NCBI GenBank assembly: GCA_050729515.1
Contig: JBOHLG010000002.1
Span: 124,352 to 188,351 of the forward strand
Length of the DNA stretch: 64,000 nt
Source of the DNA: Caulobacteraceae bacterium
GTDB taxonomy: Bacteria > Pseudomonadota > Alphaproteobacteria > Caulobacterales > Caulobacteraceae
Reading direction: 5' to 3'
Position numbers and translations under genes: made by a program. Position 1 is the first letter of the stretch. Every line of letters begins with the position of its first letter. The notes under the pieces are model-generated. The model searched no databases and was not told the DNA's origin. It saw nothing but the letters and a program-made list of their open reading frames with translations. Below are positions 51,055 through 59,295 of this stretch, in pieces.

Positions 51055-53162
51055 GCTTCGCCGCCGTTTTCTCCCATCCGCTGGGCCGTCTCGCCCCGGA
51101 TTCGCTGCCGTTCTGGAAGATGGCGCACCACCCCACAGTGCCCAATCTCATCAATGGGTCCATCGGCGGGCTCGCCGCGTGCATCGTCGTCTTCGGAGCG
51201 CTGGCTGCCTTCGCGCTGATCACGAAGTTCGGCAAATGGCGCGTCCTGTGGTCGGAGTGGCTGACCAGCACCGATCACAAGAAGATCGGGATCATGTACG
51301 TGGCGCTTGCCCTGGTGATGCTGGCCCGCGCCCTCATCGAGGCCGCGCTGATGCGCACGCAACAGGGCTTCGGCCTGGGCGGAGGCTTTCTGTCGGCCAA
51401 CCATTTCGCCCAGCTGTTCAGCACCCACGGCACGATCATGATTTTCTTCATGGCCATGCCGTTCCTCATCGGCCTGATCAATTTCGTGATGCCCCTGCAG
51501 ATCGGCGCGCGCGACGTCTCCTTTCCCGTGCTCAACTCCATCAGCCTGGGACTGACCGCGGCCGGCGCGGCGCTGGTGATGATCTCCCTGGTCCTGGGCC
51601 AGTTTTCGACCGGCGGATGGTTTGGCTATCCGCCCTACACCGAGGCCAGCTTCACCCCCGGCGTCGGGCCGGACTACTGGATCTGGGCGCTGAGTCTCTC
51701 CTCGGTCGGATCGACCATGACCGGGATCAATTTCGCGGTGACCATCTACAAGGAACGCGCGCCCGGCATGACCTTGCTGCGGATGCCGCTTTTCACCTGG
51801 ACCGCTCTCTGCACCTCCATTCTGATGATCTTCGCCATGCCGCCGCTGACCGTGGCCACGGCGCAACTGGCGCTCGACCGCTACCTCGGCTTCCACTACT
51901 TCACCAACGCCCTGGGCGGCAACATGATGCACTTCGCCAACCTCTTCTGGATGTTCGGCCATCCGGAAGTATACATCATCATTCTGCCAGCATTCGGGAT
52001 CTACTCGGAAGTCATCTCGACCTTTTCCGGCAAGGCGCTGTTCGGTTACCGGTCGCTGGTGATGGCCACCATGGCCATCGCCGTCCTCTCCTTCAGCGTG
52101 TGGGTCCATCATTTCTTCACCATGGGCCAGAGCGCCAACATCAACGCGGCGTTCGGCATCGCCTCGATGCTGATCGGCATTCCCACCGGGGTGAAGATCT
52201 ACGACTGGATGTGGACGATGTTTCGCGGCCGGGTGCGGTTCACCGTCCCCATGGTCTATGCGCTTGCCTTCATCCTGCTCTTCGTCCTGGGCGGCATGAG
52301 CGGGATTCTCCTGGCCAATCCCAGCATCGACTATCAGGTCCACAACACCGTGTTCCTGGTCGCCCATTTCCACAACGTGGCGGTTCCCGGCGTGCTCTTC
52401 GGCATGCTGGCCGGCTACCATTTCTGGTTCCCCAAGGCCTTCGGCTTCCGCCTCGACGAGCGCTGGGGCCTGATCTCGGCGCTGTTTTGGATTTTCGGCT
52501 TCATGCTGGCTTTCTTCCCGCTCTACGGTCTGGGGCTGATGGGCTTGCCTCGGCGCATGGCGGCCTACAGCGAACCCTCATACGTGCCGCTGGAGATGGT
52601 CGCTCTCCTCGGCGCGGTCCTCGTCCTCTGCGCACTCGGGGCGCTGGCGATCCAGCTGCTGGTCTCGATCCGGCGCCGCGAGGAGAACCGTGTCTCCGTC
52701 GGCGATCCCTGGGACGGCCGCAGCCTCGAATGGTCGGTCGCCGCGCCGCCGCCGGAATACAACTTCCCGGTCATTCCCCTGGTCAAGGACCGCGACGCGT
52801 TCACCGACGCCAAGGAGCGCGGCGAGGCCTATCGGCCGCCGGACCGGTATGGGGACATCGAACTTCCCAGGAACAGCGCCATGGGCCTAGTGCTAGGCGC
52901 CGTCGGCTTCGCCCTGGCCTTCGGCCTGGTCTGGCACATCTGGTGGTTGGTGATCCTTTCCGTCCTCGCCGGCCTGGCGATGATCATCGCTCACGGTTTC
53001 GAGCGCGACATCGCCAAGACCGTGCCGGCCGGGGAGGTTCGCGAGGAGCATCGGCTCTGGCTGGAGGCCGTGGCCGCGGCCACGGCGATCTCGCGCGCCG
53101 ACGAACGGGACAGCGCCAATCAGGGCCTCGCCGACGAGGCCGTCGCGCAGGCCGCCCCATGA
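51051..53162 (+). CDS. cyoB: Cytochrome o ubiquinol oxidase subunit I
   Basis: I trimmed the start to GTG 51051 (GTGA overlap with the cyoA stop). TDHKKIGIMY, WFFGHPEVYIIILP-type (MFGHPEVYIIILPAFG) and HHFFTMG are heme-copper oxidase subunit I motifs. Confidence 0.92.
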   Translation: MSFAAVFSHPLGRLAPDSLPFWKMAHHPTVPNLINGSIGGLAACIVVFGALAAFALITKFGKWRVLWSEWLTSTDHKKIGIMYVALALVMLARALIEAALMRTQQGFGLGGGFLSANHFAQLFSTHGTIMIFFMAMPFLIGLINFVMPLQIGARDVSFPVLNSISLGLTAAGAALVMISLVLGQFSTGGWFGYPPYTEASFTPGVGPDYWIWALSLSSVGSTMTGINFAVTIYKERAPGMTLLRMPLFTWTALCTSILMIFAMPPLTVATAQLALDRYLGFHYFTNALGGNMMHFANLFWMFGHPEVYIIILPAFGIYSEVISTFSGKALFGYRSLVMATMAIAVLSFSVWVHHFFTMGQSANINAAFGIASMLIGIPTGVKIYDWMWTMFRGRVRFTVPMVYALAFILLFVLGGMSGILLANPSIDYQVHNTVFLVAHFHNVAVPGVLFGMLAGYHFWFPKAFGFRLDERWGLISALFWIFGFMLAFFPLYGLGLMGLPRRMAAYSEPSYVPLEMVALLGAVLVLCALGALAIQLLVSIRRREENRVSVGDPWDGRSLEWSVAAPPPEYNFPVIPLVKDRDAFTDAKERGEAYRPPDRYGDIELPRNSAMGLVLGAVGFALAFGLVWHIWWLVILSVLAGLAMIIAHGFERDIAKTVPAGEVREEHRLWLEAVAAATAISRADERDSANQGLADEAVAQAAP

Positions 53163-53782
53163 GCGAGGAGACGGTCAAGTATCCCGGATTGAACCTCGGC
53201 GCCGAGCACGGCGAAGCGAACGAGGCGGCCGAGACCCTGGTGTTCGGCTTCTGGGTCTTCCTGATGAGCGACGCGATCCTCTTTGCGATGGTGTTCGCCA
53301 CCTATGTGACATCGCGGCACGCCACCGCCGGCGGACCGGGGCCGCACCAGCTCTACAACATCACGAGCGTCTTCATCGAGACCTTGCTGCTGCTCTCGAG
53401 CAGTTTCACCTTCGGCATGGCTTCGCTGGCGATGAAATACCAGCATGGAGTGCGGTGGCTGCTGGGCTGGCTGGGGCTGACCCTGCTCTTGGGCCTGGGC
53501 TTTCTGGGTTTTGAGGCCAACGACTTCGTCGCCATGTTCGCCAAGGGCGGCCCGCCGACGCGCAGCGGCTTTCTCTCCGCCTTCTTCGATCTGGTGCCGC
53601 TGCACGGTCTGCACGTCACGGCCGGCTGCATCTGGATGGTCAGCCTCTTCGGCCAGATCGCGCGCTACGGCCTTGATGCCCGGACCAAGCTCGGCGTCCT
53701 CAGGCTGGCCCTCTTCTGGCATTTTCTGGACATCGTCTGGATCGCCATTTTCACCGTCGTCTATCTGGCGGGGCTGGCATGA
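53159..53782 (+). CDS. cyoC: Cytochrome o ubiquinol oxidase subunit III
   Basis: I trimmed the start to ATG 53159 (ATGA overlap). FGFWVFLMSDAILFA and WHFLDIVWI are subunit III motifs. Confidence 0.9.
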   Translation: MSEETVKYPGLNLGAEHGEANEAAETLVFGFWVFLMSDAILFAMVFATYVTSRHATAGGPGPHQLYNITSVFIETLLLLSSSFTFGMASLAMKYQHGVRWLLGWLGLTLLLGLGFLGFEANDFVAMFAKGGPPTRSGFLSAFFDLVPLHGLHVTAGCIWMVSLFGQIARYGLDARTKLGVLRLALFWHFLDIVWIAIFTVVYLAGLA

Positions 53783-54129
53783 GCGATCGGGCAAAGCGCG
53801 AGGGGCCAGCTCAGGCCGAGCGCCGGCGCCAGGAGCGCGGCGAGTTCGCCTCCTACGCCGCCGGCCTGGGCGGGGCCCTGACCCTCACCGTGTCGGCCTT
53901 CGCCCTGATCCGATGGGAGGTTCTGCCGCACTTTTGGCTGGTCGTCGCCATTGGCGCCTTGGCTCTCGTCCAGGGCGTGGTTCACTTTCGCTTCTTCCTG
54001 CACATCGGTTTTCGACAGCGTCGCGAGGATCTGCAGCTGATCCTCTTTTCGGCCCTGCTGCTCGCCGTCATGGTCGCCGGCACCGTCTGGATCATGGCCA
54101 GCTTGGCGACGAGGATGACCATGCCCTGA
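53779..54129 (+). CDS. cyoD: Cytochrome o ubiquinol oxidase subunit IV
   Basis: It overlaps cyoC with ATGA. At 116 aa with three TM segments, its position and size fit CyoD. Confidence 0.8.
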   Translation: MSDRAKREGPAQAERRRQERGEFASYAAGLGGALTLTVSAFALIRWEVLPHFWLVVAIGALALVQGVVHFRFFLHIGFRQRREDLQLILFSALLLAVMVAGTVWIMASLATRMTMP

Positions 54130-54232
54130 ATCTTTTCGGCTTCCCCCCGGACACGGGGTGATGCGAGCCGCAAGGTTCTTCTCCTCCCTCGCGCTTCAGG
54201 GCGTCGCACACGAACGCGAGCGGTCGCGCCGT

Positions 54233-55819
54233 CTACAGCTCCCCCCGCGCCGCCAGCTCGCCGATGCGATTGGCGCAGCGAAGGGAAAGGGCGATGATGG
54301 TGAGCGAGGGGTTAACTCCGCCGACGGTCGGAAACACCGATCCGTCGCAGATGAAGAGATTGCGGCAATCGAAGGCGCGATGATCGCAATCGACGACGCT
54401 CGTTTCGCGCGTAAAGCCCATCCGGCAGGTCCCGCCCAGGTGAGCGGTGTCGTCCTCCTGGCGGAAGATGGCCTTGGCCCCGACTGCCTTCAGGCTCGTC
54501 TCCATCTGATCCAGAGCGTGAGCGATGAGGCGTTTATCATTGTCTCCGAAGGAGTAATCCACCCGCGCGATCTTGAGCCCGAACTGATCCTCCTCCTCGG
54601 CGAGGGTGACGCGGTTCTCCTCGCTGGGGAGCATCTCGCCCACCATCTTCACTCCCACCTGGTGGATGTAGTGGGTCATCTCGCTGCGCAGGGCCTCGCC
54701 CCACAGGCCCTTGGCGCCGGTGAGGATGCTCGCCCACTCGATCGGAAGCGGGCCCTGGGCCATCCAGCAGTAGCCGCCGAAGAAGTCCTTCTCGTCATCG
54801 TAGTTCCAGTGCTCGGTGATCGAGAGCGAGGGCGGGGCCTTGTACCAGCGCACCTCCTCCTCCATGCGCCCGAAGACCGCCTGGTTGGCCTGGACCATCA
54901 GGTTCCTGCCGACGAGGCCCGAGGAATTGGCCAGGCCGTCGGGATGCGCCGAGCCCGACGAAAGGAGGAGAAGTCTGGGAGACTCAATGGCGTAGCCGGC
55001 GAGGATGACGTGGCGGGCGCGCTGGAAGCGCCACGCGCCTTCTCGATGATAGTGCACTCCGGTCGCCAGACCCTCGCCGTTGGTCTCGATGCGGCCGACC
55101 CTGGCGAGGTCGCGGATCTCGGCCCCCGCCTTGACGGCCCGGGGGACGAAGGTGACGAGCTGGCTCTGCTTGGCGTTGGTCGAGCAGCCGAAGCGGCAAA
55201 AGCCGCGGTAGACGCAAGGGTGGGCCTCGCCTCTCGGAGCCGAGAGGGTGGCGATCGGGGTGGGCGACCAGGAAATCCCCATCCGCTCGCACCCCCTGGC
55301 GAGGAGTTCGGCCGCGCCGTTCAGCTGGTGGGACCGGTAGGGATAGGCGGGCCGCTTGGGACCCCAGGGGTAGCTCGCCGGGCCGCTGATCTTCAGCGCC
55401 AGTTCGGCCTTGCGGTACCACCCCCACATCTCGCGCCAGTCGATCGGCCAATCGGCCCCGTATCCGAGGAGCGAGCGCGACCTGAACCGCTCGGGGCGCA
55501 GGCGCAGCGAGACCATGGCGTAATGGACGGTGCTGCCGCCGACCGCCCGGCCGCTGTTGTTGCCGCCGAGGACCAGCGGGTTCTTTCCACCCACGATCCG
55601 CTCGTCGTTCCAATAGAGCTTTTCCTGCTCGGTCTCGTCGGAGGCGAAGTCCTCGAGCGGGCGAAACCACGGCCCGGCATCGAAGCCGACCACGCTGAAC
55701 CCCTGCTCGGCCAGGCGCGCGATGAGCGGCGCTCCGCCGGCCCCGGTGCCGATGACAACGAAGTCCACCAGATCGTGGTCGCGGAACTGGCGCATCGGGA
55801 GCCAGCCGCCTTCGACCAT
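54233..55819 (-). CDS. GMC-family FAD-dependent oxidoreductase (large subunit of a gluconate-2-dehydrogenase-like enzyme)
   Basis: I trimmed the start to ATG 55819 (alternative 55795). It has the FAD motif DFVVIGTGAGGAPLIARLAEQG and the C-terminal GTCRMG...GGVNPSLTI GMC signature. Confidence 0.85.
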   Translation of the reverse strand: MVEGGWLPMRQFRDHDLVDFVVIGTGAGGAPLIARLAEQGFSVVGFDAGPWFRPLEDFASDETEQEKLYWNDERIVGGKNPLVLGGNNSGRAVGGSTVHYAMVSLRLRPERFRSRSLLGYGADWPIDWREMWGWYRKAELALKISGPASYPWGPKRPAYPYRSHQLNGAAELLARGCERMGISWSPTPIATLSAPRGEAHPCVYRGFCRFGCSTNAKQSQLVTFVPRAVKAGAEIRDLARVGRIETNGEGLATGVHYHREGAWRFQRARHVILAGYAIESPRLLLLSSGSAHPDGLANSSGLVGRNLMVQANQAVFGRMEEEVRWYKAPPSLSITEHWNYDDEKDFFGGYCWMAQGPLPIEWASILTGAKGLWGEALRSEMTHYIHQVGVKMVGEMLPSEENRVTLAEEEDQFGLKIARVDYSFGDNDKRLIAHALDQMETSLKAVGAKAIFRQEDDTAHLGGTCRMGFTRETSVVDCDHRAFDCRNLFICDGSVFPTVGGVNPSLTIIALSLRCANRIGELAARGEL

Positions 55820-55865
55820 GACGTCCGGGGCGCGGCCGTCCTTTCCCCTAGGCGTGGCGAAGGGA

Positions 55866-56528
55866 TCAGCGGACACGGGCGTTCTTCCGTCGCGCCGCCT
55901 CCCGCGCTTGCGGCGCGGCGCTCGTCGCTTCGCTCGCCTCCCAGGGATCGCGCCTGGAAAGAGCGGTACGCACATAGCCTCTGGGACTCGCCGGGCCTCC
56001 GAAGCCGATCTCGCTCCACGCCTTGGGATGGGAATAGTAGGCATGGGTGATGTCGTGGATCACCCGATCGGTGAAGAATCGGCGGCAGGGCATCCCTCCC
56101 CAGGAGTCGGCGGTGAGCTCGCCCCTCTGCATCCGGCCGATGAGATCATCGCGCGAGGCGGCGGCGAGCTGGTGGAAGGGGACCGCGAAGGCCTCCAGAG
56201 CCTCGGCGTCGAGGGCCGAAAGCCCGACTCGCCAGGCTTCGCCCTGGGGAGGCATGGAGGCGTGACGGAAGCCGTCGAGCCGGCCCTTGGCCATCTTTTC
56301 GTCGACCATCATGGCCAAAGGAACGATGACGGCCTCGTCTTCAACCTGGGGAAGGATGCGCGCGCAGAGCGCCTCGAGAATCTTCATCTCCTCGGCCGAG
56401 AAGAAGAGCGTCTCCCCTCGCGGCTCCAGGCGCTTTTTTATCGCCCTGCGGGTCGCCGCGTTCCACGACGGCCCCTTCGCTTTGGAAAGGACGTCATAGC
56501 CCGGAAAGCGCGCCTCCTGGACCTTCAT
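55866..56528 (-). CDS. Gluconate 2-dehydrogenase subunit 3-like protein
   Basis: I trimmed the start to ATG 56528 (ATGA overlap with the upstream membrane-protein gene). FFSAEEMKILEALCARILP and HAYYSHPKAWSEIGFGGPASPRGY are patterns I associate with this small-subunit family. Confidence 0.7.
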   Translation of the reverse strand: MKVQEARFPGYDVLSKAKGPSWNAATRRAIKKRLEPRGETLFFSAEEMKILEALCARILPQVEDEAVIVPLAMMVDEKMAKGRLDGFRHASMPPQGEAWRVGLSALDAEALEAFAVPFHQLAAASRDDLIGRMQRGELTADSWGGMPCRRFFTDRVIHDITHAYYSHPKAWSEIGFGGPASPRGYVRTALSRRDPWEASEATSAAPQAREAARRKNARVR

Positions 56529-57403
56529 GCCTCGTCTTCCATCAGCTTCAGGGCGAGAAGTCCGACGAGCGCCAGTCCGGCGAAGGCGGGCGGGGCCGGG
56601 ATCGGCGGTCCCGAAAGGACGTTCTGGCGCCAGTTCCTCCACCCGCCCATCTGCCGACTTACTCCGAAGGCGTGGAAAAAGGGTCCGGCGATCCCCGCCG
56701 CCGCGGTGGCCCAGAGAAGAGAGCGGGCGAGGCCGTGAGGACCGCTGGGCCTCGCCGTCGCCGCCGCTAGGGCCGCGGCCGCGGCCGGCGGGGCGATCAC
56801 CGGGACGAACATCGCCGGATTCTGGAAGGCCCCGCGATAATGCAGGAACCCCGCCTCGGCGACGGTTCCGGCGATGCCACCGGCCGCCATGGCGCCCAGG
56901 GCCCTTCCGGCCGGAATGCCAACGATCTTGGCGCCTCGCTTGCCGCGCACCCGCTCGGAGAGGAATCCCAGGGCGCCGGAGAGCATGAGGGCGAACGGGG
57001 CCCCAAGAGGCGCCTGGTAGAAAAAGTTGTTGAGGGAGAAGCCGCCGGGCTTCTTGCCGACGTTGTAGAGGTGGAAGAGCCCCCCTGCGGCCGAGACCAG
57101 GCCCGCCGCGGCGAATGCCAGATCGCGCAGCCGGCGCGCCTTTGGCCCCACATCGCCGCTCGCATGAAGGCTCGCCGCCAGAGCCGCGGTCGACGCGGCC
57201 AGGGGGGCGAACATCGCCTTGTTATGGAAGCTTCCGCGATAGTGCTCGGTCGCCGAATCGGCGAGCACCGAAGCGGCGAGGATACCAGCCGCCCCCGCCA
57301 GGGTCCGCCCCGGATGTTCGTGACTTCTCCCGCGCAGGCGGGGGAGGGCGACCGCGAAGCGGAGGAGAGGGCGCCTGGCTTCGGGCCGAAGAAGCACGCC
57401 CAT
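56525..57403 (-). CDS. Hypothetical polytopic membrane protein with an internal duplication
   Basis: It is hydrophobic throughout. Two repeated blocks are visible: TEHYRGSFHNKAMFAPL / FLHYRGAFQNPAMFVPV, and GGLFHLYNVG / GPFFHAFGVS. Its ATG at 57403 directly abuts the TGA of the TPP-enzyme gene. Confidence 0.6.
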   Translation of the reverse strand: MGVLLRPEARRPLLRFAVALPRLRGRSHEHPGRTLAGAAGILAASVLADSATEHYRGSFHNKAMFAPLAASTAALAASLHASGDVGPKARRLRDLAFAAAGLVSAAGGLFHLYNVGKKPGGFSLNNFFYQAPLGAPFALMLSGALGFLSERVRGKRGAKIVGIPAGRALGAMAAGGIAGTVAEAGFLHYRGAFQNPAMFVPVIAPPAAAAALAAATARPSGPHGLARSLLWATAAAGIAGPFFHAFGVSRQMGGWRNWRQNVLSGPPIPAPPAFAGLALVGLLALKLMEDEA

Positions 57404-59185
57404 TCAGCGGTGGGCCAGGACGGTGTCGAGGAGCTGCTTGGCGCTGTTGCGAAGGACGCTCGCCAGCTCCGGCTCGGTCTTGGTCATGGTCGCGAAGTGG
57501 GCCGCGTCCTTCAAGGTGATGTGGGGCGGAAGCGGCGGGACGTTAGGGTCGGTCACCGCCTCGAAGATCACCGGCCGGTCGGAGGCGAGCGCCTCGTCCC
57601 AGGCCTGGGCGATCTTCTCGGGCGTATCGACATAGACGCCCTTGAGCCCCAGGAGCTCGGCGTAGCGCGCGTAGGCGAAGTCAGGGATGGTCTGCGTCGA
57701 GGGGGTCTTGCCCGAGCCGATCTGGATGCGCTCCTCCCAGGTCACCTGGTTCAAGTCGCGGTTATTGAGAACCAGGACGATGAGCCGGGGATCGGACCAC
57801 CGCCGCCAGTATTTGGCGATGGTGATCATCACATTGAGCCCGTTCATCTGCATCGCCCCGTCTCCCATGAAGGCGATCACCACCCGGTCGGGGAAGGCCA
57901 TCTTGGCGGCGAGCGCATAGGGTGTACCGGCGCCGAGCGAGGCGAGGCCGCCGGAGAGGGAGGCCTTCATGCCCGGCCGGATCTTCAGATCGCGCGCGTA
58001 CCAGTTGGCGACCGAGCCGGAATCGGCGGTGAGGATCGCCCCATCGGGAAGCTTGGGCGAAAGCTCGTAGAAGACGCGCTGAGGATTGATCGGATCGGCC
58101 GAACTCATGGCGCGCTCCTCGAGCACCTTCCACCACTCCTTGACCTCCTTGGCGATCTTCTCGCGCCAGCTCGTGTCGGTCTTCTGGCGGAGCTTGGGAA
58201 GAAGGGCTTTGAGCGTCGCGGCGGCATCGCCCTCCAGGTTCACCTCCATGGGATAGCGCAGAGAGAGCTGGGCGCCGTTGATGTCGATCTGCACGCCGCG
58301 CGCCTTGCCCGGCTTGGGGAGGAACTCGCTGTAGGGGAAGGAGGAGCCGACCATCAGAAAGCCGTCGCATTCCTTCATCAGATTCCAGGAGGGCTTGGTG
58401 CCCAAGAGCCCCAGGGAGCCGGTGACGTAGGGAAGATCGTCGGCAAGGACCGCCTTGCCCAGAAGCGCCTTGGCGACGCCGGCCCCGAGACGGTCGGCGA
58501 CCGCCATCACTTCCTCGCTGGCCTCGAGCGCGCCCTGGCCGACCAGGATGGCGATCCTCTCGCAGGCGTTGAGGGCGCGGGCGGCGGCTTCGATGCCCGC
58601 CTCGCCCGGAACCTTCGATTCCACCGCAAAGCCGACCCCGGTGTGGGTGTAGCCGTGCTCCATCGGCGGCTCTTCGTACCTCATGAGCTGCAGGTCGTTG
58701 GGAAGGATGATGGCCGTGACCGACCGCTTGGACTTGGCGATGCGCACGGCGCGGTCGACGAGGGTTCGCACCTGGCTGGGGAGAGTTGCGGTCGCGACGT
58801 ATTCGCTCGCCACGTCCTTGAAGAGGGATTGGAGATCGACCTCCTGCTGGTAGGAGGCGCCGATCGACTCGCGCGCCTGCTGGCCGCAGATCGCCACCAC
58901 CGGGACGTGATCCATCTTGGCGTCGTAGAGGCCGTTGAGCAGATGGATCGCTCCGGGCCCGCTGGTGGCGTAGCAGAGGCCGACCTCGCCGGTGAACTTG
59001 GCGTGGGCGCTGGCCATGAAGGCCGCCATCTCCTCGTGGCGAACCTGGATGTATTCCATCTCCGCCTTGAGCTTCTCGAGCGCGACATCGAGGCCGCCGA
59101 CCCCGTCGCCTGGATAGCCGTAGACGCGGTGCAGCCCCCATTGGGCGAGCCGCTTCCAGACGAATTCGCTGACAGTCACATGCAT
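57404..59185 (-). CDS. Thiamine-diphosphate-dependent enzyme (PoxB/acetolactate-synthase-like)
   Basis: I trimmed the start to ATG 59185, preceded by GAGGTG. It has YGYPGDGVGGL, HEEMAAFMASAHAKFTG, and the TPP-binding GDGAMQMNGLNVMIT...NNRDLN (GDG..N..NN) motif. Confidence 0.85.
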   Translation of the reverse strand: MHVTVSEFVWKRLAQWGLHRVYGYPGDGVGGLDVALEKLKAEMEYIQVRHEEMAAFMASAHAKFTGEVGLCYATSGPGAIHLLNGLYDAKMDHVPVVAICGQQARESIGASYQQEVDLQSLFKDVASEYVATATLPSQVRTLVDRAVRIAKSKRSVTAIILPNDLQLMRYEEPPMEHGYTHTGVGFAVESKVPGEAGIEAAARALNACERIAILVGQGALEASEEVMAVADRLGAGVAKALLGKAVLADDLPYVTGSLGLLGTKPSWNLMKECDGFLMVGSSFPYSEFLPKPGKARGVQIDINGAQLSLRYPMEVNLEGDAAATLKALLPKLRQKTDTSWREKIAKEVKEWWKVLEERAMSSADPINPQRVFYELSPKLPDGAILTADSGSVANWYARDLKIRPGMKASLSGGLASLGAGTPYALAAKMAFPDRVVIAFMGDGAMQMNGLNVMITIAKYWRRWSDPRLIVLVLNNRDLNQVTWEERIQIGSGKTPSTQTIPDFAYARYAELLGLKGVYVDTPEKIAQAWDEALASDRPVIFEAVTDPNVPPLPPHITLKDAAHFATMTKTEPELASVLRNSAKQLLDTVLAHR

Positions 59186-59295
59186 GGCGAGCACCTCGCT
59201 TGACGCCCCGCCCACCGATCTCTCAACGCCTTGTGCGCCGCGTTTGATCCCCCGTGGATTCTCTTCCCTTGCGAAGCGGGTCGGGAGGAAATGCC

